A program made the position numbers and the translations under genes. Shown here piece by piece: positions 42,801 to 46,683 of a stretch of 46,683 bases of DNA; position 1 is the stretch's first letter, and each line of letters begins with the position of its first letter. The DNA is from Thermoanaerobaculia bacterium (GTDB taxonomy: Bacteria; Acidobacteriota; Thermoanaerobaculia; Gp7-AA8), in contig JBAQWH010000603.1 in assembly GCA_049298815.1 (NCBI GenBank), forward strand, positions 1 through 46,683. Direction: 5' to 3'. A model generated the notes under the pieces. It was not told where the DNA came from and did no database searches. It was given only the letters and a program-made list of their open reading frames with translations.

Positions 42801-44709
42801 TCGGCTGGATGAGCGCCGGCGTGTTGAGGACACAGGGGGGCGGGGCGTTCACGGTCAGCGTGCGGGCCGCCGAGGCGACCGGGGCGCAGCTGCCACCGTA
42901 GTTCGCGGCCACCGACCAGTTGACGGTGCCGTTCGGCACGTCGAGATTGTAGATCGTCCCCGTGAGTTGGACCGTGGCGATCGTCCCGACGGTGAGCGTG
43001 TACGACGTCGCACCGGCAACCGGCTCCCAGACGAACGAGACCAGCTCGCCCGGCTCACGGGTGATCGTCGCGTTGGCCGCCGGAGTGCTGAGCACCGGAG
43101 CGGCGGTCGGGCAGGTCGCAACCGTGCCGACCGTGAAGGACGACGTGGCGGACGTCACGGAGGGGCAGCCCGAGAAGTAGGCCGTGACACTCCAGTTGCG
43201 CGGACCTTCGGGGATGACGCGCGTGTTGGAGGTCGAGGTCGTGATGATGGTCGCAATGCCTTCGATGCGGAGGGAGTAGTAGCTGCGTCCCGCCACCGGC
43301 TCCCAGGAGAACGTGACCGGGGAGGCCACGCCGGTTGCACCGGCGGCCGGAGTGAGAAGCGTCGGGGCGGTCGTCGGGCAGGTGGACGCAGCCGGGACCG
43401 TGAAGGTGAAGGTGGAGGAACGGACCGGGGCGCAGTTCGTGAAGAGCGACTCGACGAACCAGCTGTGCGTGCCGGTCGGCGCGGTGAAGGTCGCGGTCGT
43501 GGTCGACGCGTTGACCTCGGCGACGACGCCGGCGGTGGCGCCCGAAATCGCGACATAGACCTTGTAGCCGGTCAGGCCGACGGTCGTCGCATTCGGCTGC
43601 GCGTTCCAGCTGAACGCAACCGGCGAGGTGACGCTCGCGGCGTTGTTGGCCGGGGCGGTCAGCGTGACGCCGGCCGTCGGGCAGATGTCGGTCACCGTGA
43701 AGGTGCCGTTGGCCGAGGTCAGATTGCCGCAGCCGGCCGAGAGCGCCTCGACGCGCCAGGTGTAGGTCCCGGGGCCCGGGAGGGTCGCGGTGAGGCTCGT
43801 GCCGGCGAGCTCGGTCCCCTCGCGGGGGCCGGTCAGCCGGACTTCAGTGCCGCCGTTGCGGCTGTAAATGACGTCGTAGCCGTCAGCACCGGAGACCGCG
43901 GACCAGGAGAAGTTCACGCCGGTCGGCGAGCTGATCGCCTGGCCGGAGGAGGGGGTCACGAGGCTCGGCGCGCCGGTCGGGCAGGCGGTGCCGAAGGTCC
44001 AGGTGGCCGAGCGGGCCGGAGCGCAGGTGCCCGGCAGAATCCCCTGGACGTACCAGCGGTGCATGCCGGCGGGGATGACCTTGGTGAGCTCGAAGGTCGT
44101 CGCGTTGGTGGTGCCCTGCGAGACGAACGGCGCACTCGGGTTGTTCACGCCGTTGATCGCGACGAAGACCTCGTAGCCGGTCGGGCTGCCGAGGATCGGG
44201 TCCCAGGCGAAGACGACGGTGAGGTGGTCGTCGGTCGCGGCGTCGGGCGGGTTGATCAGCGTCGGGCCGTTCGAGTGGCAGGCGCTGGTCGTGAACGTCT
44301 GGCACGAACTGACGACGGTCGTGCAACCGTTCTTCACCGCCTCGACCTTCCACGAGTACTGCGTGTTCGGCGCGAGGTCGAAGTAGTTCGCCTGCATGTA
44401 GAACGTCGTCCCGCCCGGGGTGACCAGGTCAGGCGTCGTCGACGCGCAGGGGTTGTCGGCGGTAGCGCCGAAGTAAACGTTGAAGTAGTCGGCGGCGACA
44501 TTGCCGGGCGTCGACCACGTGAGAGTGCCCTGAGTGGCGACTCCGGTCGAGCCGTTGGCCGGCGCAGTGAGGGTCACGCCCGTCGGGCAGGTCTGCGCGA
44601 GTGCGGCCGGGGCCATCGCCATCGTGGCGATCGTCACCAGCAGCACCGCGAGAAGCACCCGGACCGACTTGGCTGTGGACCGGTTGGTGTCAGCAGAATA
44701 CTGGACCAT
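39856..44709 (-). CDS. Giant secreted protein: ~13 FN3/Ig-like repeats plus two tandem copies of an uncharacterised ~230-aa C-terminal domain
   Basis: ATG 44709 has a GGGAG Shine-Dalgarno 7 nt upstream. The signal peptide is 'VRVLLAVLLVTIATMAMAPAALA'. Modules of the form 'CPT..P.L..P..GA....V.FSW..V.GA..Y.V' recur along the protein. The Arg-rich 70 codons upstream in the track ORF look non-coding. Confidence 0.85.
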   Translation of the reverse strand: MVQYSADTNRSTAKSVRVLLAVLLVTIATMAMAPAALAQTCPTGVTLTAPANGSTGVATQGTLTWSTPGNVAADYFNVYFGATADNPCASTTPDLVTPGGTTFYMQANYFDLAPNTQYSWKVEAVKNGCTTVVSSCQTFTTSACHSNGPTLINPPDAATDDHLTVVFAWDPILGSPTGYEVFVAINGVNNPSAPFVSQGTTNATTFELTKVIPAGMHRWYVQGILPGTCAPARSATWTFGTACPTGAPSLVTPSSGQAISSPTGVNFSWSAVSGADGYDVIYSRNGGTEVRLTGPREGTELAGTSLTATLPGPGTYTWRVEALSAGCGNLTSANGTFTVTDICPTAGVTLTAPANNAASVTSPVAFSWNAQPNATTVGLTGYKVYVAISGATAGVVAEVNASTTTATFTAPTGTHSWFVESLFTNCAPVRSSTFTFTVPAASTCPTTAPTLLTPAAGATGVASPVTFSWEPVAGRSYYSLRIEGIATIITTSTSNTRVIPEGPRNWSVTAYFSGCPSVTSATSSFTVGTVATCPTAAPVLSTPAANATITREPGELVSFVWEPVAGATSYTLTVGTIATVQLTGTIYNLDVPNGTVNWSVAANYGGSCAPVASAARTLTVNAPPPCVLNTPALIQPTNNSETLSPTVVFGWSSVPNATEYRVYRRTGAGSADRELLGTTTDLSLERTFDFLDLTFGTDDLSPLEWYVEAHGGARCTHAQSARSTMKFRKAKVCSTDRPVLQSPAAGNSTTSRTIQFNWDRVTGATGYNVWTAFNGGAPTKLNGEMLNASTRSAEYSMPLGVSEWWVEAIYPGCPGVESLHRTLTITAPCVVTAPTISGPDGTTGTFTSPVTLSWTRVANATTYDVYIETDTSPMAPVATVSQPAGSGNITFVYSAQPGGVTWKVRANVPNCGSAFSAEARFTVVAPPPCTTPDAPRLTVQRKASSNQSYIVGWRQVANALSYEIDESTSASFTAGSITTQTVTGTQTMFNHEVAVDTTYYYRVLAKSSCNNTISVSSQVEDVTVEAPAQTNDSNLSVGAQEVVVQSTFFANPFNAPTPFTARTDVAWLRVSPASGTMPAAGITLSIVADPRDLVAGTNAGTILVEFTTAGANGTASQATTVYTVPVTVNLVTPVSSQGKTEPPSDALIIPAVAAADGANNSQWVSDIRVTNASGEPGRYQVNFTPSQNDAGRVSNQTTIDVPAGSSMALDSVLRNWFGARPGQSLSGVVEVRSLKSGATTSNRRGRTLLGSSRTYNRTASGTYGQFIPAIPVSDFVGKGNVLTLSEINQSATARTNLGLVEGSGQGANVRVTVFDANGAQLTTFDQYLRAGEHIQMNSFLGTRGITNDNARVNVEVTSDTGRVMAYASVVDNQTNDPLLVTGDVPVADTAWVLAGVADLDTGAARWRTDVRIYNPTASTVNANLIFYPSGDPTASKTIPTSIGPRSTKELKDILRNSFALAGVGGSVHVTTAVSTPLLVTARTFNLTPTGSYGQFIPGVPKSEGLGVGEGTVQLQQLESSAAYRTNLGVAEVSGKGAKVELIAVIPGSLATPRVTVDLKANEFVQLVNVFSSKFGLNSEIYNARIAVRVIEGDGKIIGYASVIDQKTQDPTFVPAER

Positions 44710-44758
44710 GATCTGCTCCCTGTTCGGATTTCTGTTCATGTCTGGCGTCTGCTGCGGA

Positions 44759-45508
44759 CTACGGGCGGGCCGGTGAAACCGGCGGCTCGAGTCGCGGCCT
44801 CGGTGCCTGCGGAGCCTGCGGCGCACGGCGCGGCCGGCGGTGGTGGTACGGCGTGAGACCCGGCCCCTCTTCCGTGATGGTGGAAGGGGCGGAGGCGCGC
44901 GTCTTGTCGTTCGCGGCATTCGCGGCGGCAGCGTTGTTGTTGTTCGTCTGCACGACCGAGGTGTCGACGGCGACCTGGGCGACCGCTCCGTCCGTGCACG
45001 GCTTCTGCGCGTGGAGCTTGCCCGAGTCGTCGATCGTCCCGATGATCCCTTCGCAGCGGAAGCCGATCGGCGCCACGAGCGCCTTCGACGTCATGCCGAC
45101 GACGATCATCGAGGCCTGCCTCGCCTGCTCCGGCGAGAGCTTCGCCGGGCACGACCTGGAGACCGCGATCACGCCGCTCGCGCGGGTCGTGAATGCACCC
45201 TTGGCGTCGCGAGCTGCGACGCGGTACTGCACTTCCGTCGTCCCGGATGCGACCTGCGGCAGCACGGCCTGGAACCGGCCGCCTTCGCGGCGCATGTCGA
45301 CGTAGTGCTCCGTCTTCGCGTTCGCGGACCTGAAGTAGATGCGGGCCGCGCTGACTGCGCGCTCCGCCGGCCACTCCACGACCGCGTTGCGATTCTCGGC
45401 CACGCACGATGTCGCTTTCGCGCCCGTCGGTGAGGACGGCGCGGCCGCCGCACTCGTGGCGACGACGCAGACTGCGATGCCGAGCAAAGCGGCGCTGATC
45501 TTAAGCAT
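44759..45508 (-). CDS. Hypothetical secreted protein (249 aa)
   Basis: ATG 45508 has an AGGAGG Shine-Dalgarno 6 nt upstream. The signal peptide is 'MLKISAALLGIAVCVVATSAAAA'. It lies 50 nt upstream of, and co-directional with, the giant FN3 gene. Confidence 0.65.
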   Translation of the reverse strand: MLKISAALLGIAVCVVATSAAAAPSSPTGAKATSCVAENRNAVVEWPAERAVSAARIYFRSANAKTEHYVDMRREGGRFQAVLPQVASGTTEVQYRVAARDAKGAFTTRASGVIAVSRSCPAKLSPEQARQASMIVVGMTSKALVAPIGFRCEGIIGTIDDSGKLHAQKPCTDGAVAQVAVDTSVVQTNNNNAAAANAANDKTRASAPSTITEEGPGLTPYHHRRPRRAPQAPQAPRPRLEPPVSPARP

Positions 45509-45707
45509 GAGAGCCTCCTGCCCTGTGCTGATTCCCGGAGACACGCCGGGACTACCTCGAAAAAAAATGAGAAACGAACCTTCGGACCAAAGATGATTCG
45601 GTGCCCCGGATTATAGGGAGAGTGCCATCCAAATCCATCACCCAATTCGGGTATTCACCCGGCTGCTATGCTGACGCCTCCCCATATCTAACCCGAAGAG
45701 GTGAGAC

Positions 45708-46655
45708 TTGAAGATTCTCGCGTGCACGATCATCGCGCTCCTTTCCGTTCCGGTCGTGTCGGCCGTCACCGTAAAAGAGATGCTGTCGCAACTATCCCGA
45801 CGTGACTCCGCCCCGCGCAGCGAGCGCTTCGGCGCCCCGCGCGCGAACGTCGGCATGGAGTTCGTCGATCACGACTTCGTCATCCCGGTCGCCGGCAACA
45901 CCCCCGGCAACTTCGGCACGCACTGGAAGTCCGAGGTCGTCATCAGCAACTTCCGGAGCCAGCGCCAGCGGATCGCCGTCTCGATCCTCGAGCAGGGGAA
46001 GAACAGCGGTACCAGCGAGCCAGTCATCCTCGAGCTCCCCTCCTTCGAAGAGGAAGGCGAGCTCGCGATCGTGACCGAGGACTTCATGGGCTACCTCGGC
46101 AAGACCGGCCTCGCATCGATCGTCGTCCAGGCGGTGCAGTCGGACGGCAAGACGATCGACGAGGGAGCCATCATCGACGGCTACTCGCGCATCTGGACCC
46201 TGCAGCCGCAGGACCCCGCGCAGCCCTGCGCCCCTGCGCAGCGCGGCACCGTCTCGCAGGGGATGATGACCGTCACCCCCGACTCGGTCACCGGCCATGA
46301 GTTCCCCGCCTTCGCCGTCGGCCTCAAACAGGACGAGACCTACCGGACCAACGTCGGCATCGTGAACCTCTCGCCGAACCAGGTGACCTGGCTCGTCGAG
46401 GTCGTCGCCCGAGGCCGCGCCGGCACGACGTTCAAGATGACCGTCCCCGGCAACTCGATGATCCAGCAGCCGATCCCTGCAGGCATCTACGGCGTCATGA
46501 GCATCATCTTCAGCGTCGACGACGCGAGCCTCGCGAAGACCCCCGGCGCGATCGAGAGCCAGCACACCGGCGACGGCGCGCTCCTCTGGAACGCCTACGC
46601 CTCGTCCGTCGACAACCGGAGCGGGGACGGCTGGACGAGACAGGCGGCGCCGTAG
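45708..46655 (+). CDS. Hypothetical secreted protein carrying one copy of the giant protein's C-terminal domain
   Basis: The signal peptide is 'MKILACTIIALLSVPVVSA'. The motifs 'FVIPVAGN..G.FGTHWKSEVVISN', 'YRTNVGIVN' and 'AYASSVDNRSGDG' parallel those in both C-terminal domains of the 39856-44709 protein. Confidence 0.7.
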   Translation: MKILACTIIALLSVPVVSAVTVKEMLSQLSRRDSAPRSERFGAPRANVGMEFVDHDFVIPVAGNTPGNFGTHWKSEVVISNFRSQRQRIAVSILEQGKNSGTSEPVILELPSFEEEGELAIVTEDFMGYLGKTGLASIVVQAVQSDGKTIDEGAIIDGYSRIWTLQPQDPAQPCAPAQRGTVSQGMMTVTPDSVTGHEFPAFAVGLKQDETYRTNVGIVNLSPNQVTWLVEVVARGRAGTTFKMTVPGNSMIQQPIPAGIYGVMSIIFSVDDASLAKTPGAIESQHTGDGALLWNAYASSVDNRSGDGWTRQAAP

Positions 46656-46683
46656 GAAGAAGTAAGAAGTGTGAAGTGTGAAG
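46656..46683. repeat. Tandem GAAGTGT-type 7-mer array, cut by the window end
   Basis: 'GAAGAAGTAAGAAGTGTGAAGTGTGAAG' begins immediately after the TAG stop at 46653-46655. Confidence 0.7.

Noticed and set aside
40306-44856. A 1516-aa ORF on the plus strand, antisense to the giant FN3 gene. Similar long antisense or off-frame ORFs occur at 28275-29825, 24985-26712, 24393-25241 and 28219-29106.
   Set aside because: They are Arg/Gly/Asp/Glu-rich and low in complexity, with no motifs, start signals or Shine-Dalgarno sites. They are fully embedded opposite genes that have clear domain content. This is typical of shadow ORFs in high-GC DNA.

Overview
This is a high-GC bacterial chromosomal fragment in two parts. 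All protein family calls come from motifs read by eye in the supplied translations, with no database search, so they need HMM confirmation.

The left ~23 kb (nt 1-23100) is an accessory defence/mobile island that ends beside an initiator tRNA-Met gene. It contains:
- A RadC-like JAB gene, cut by the window edge.
- A 10.4-kb co-directional, overlap-coupled array on the minus strand: SNF2 helicase, Type III Mod, Type III Res, SIR2-APAZ and short pAgo. The last two form a SPARSA-type pair.
- A divergent TM0106/RecB-like nuclease.
- An operon of five small uncharacterised proteins. Two are zinc-finger proteins, and one of those plus one other are membrane-anchored.
- A CHC2/TOPRIM primase-like gene.
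- A 974-aa FtsK/HerA/T4CP-like ATPase fused to a replication-relaxation-like C-terminus.
- Two coiled-coil proteins and a 62-aa protein.
- An OLD-family ATPase-TOPRIM nuclease translationally coupled (ATGA) to a KTSC-domain protein.

No integrase, relaxase, capsid or terminase gene is visible in the window.

The right ~23 kb looks like core chromosome. It contains:
- Two Lys-rich micro-ORFs and an ArsR regulator.
- A 1788-aa FG-GAP/DUF11 surface protein.
- A two-gene 2-oxoacid:ferredoxin oxidoreductase, an aminotransferase and PckA.
- A RAYT (REP-associated tyrosine transposase) flanked by inverted REP doublets.
- TerC, XRE and LuxR genes.
- A ~1617-aa FN3-rich secreted protein and two smaller secreted proteins. 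The larger of these shares a repeated C-terminal domain with the giant.

The non-coding DNA holds a GGACTNNAGTCC palindromic REP/REPIN family and three families of 7-10-nt tandem-repeat arrays. Three of the arrays start immediately after TAG stop codons. Two of the families also occur as inverted array pairs.

The candidates I would look at first for novelty are:
1. The R-M/Argonaute fused array.
2. The OLD-KTSC pair.
3. The ATPase/primase/coiled-coil operon.
4. The five-gene small-protein operon.
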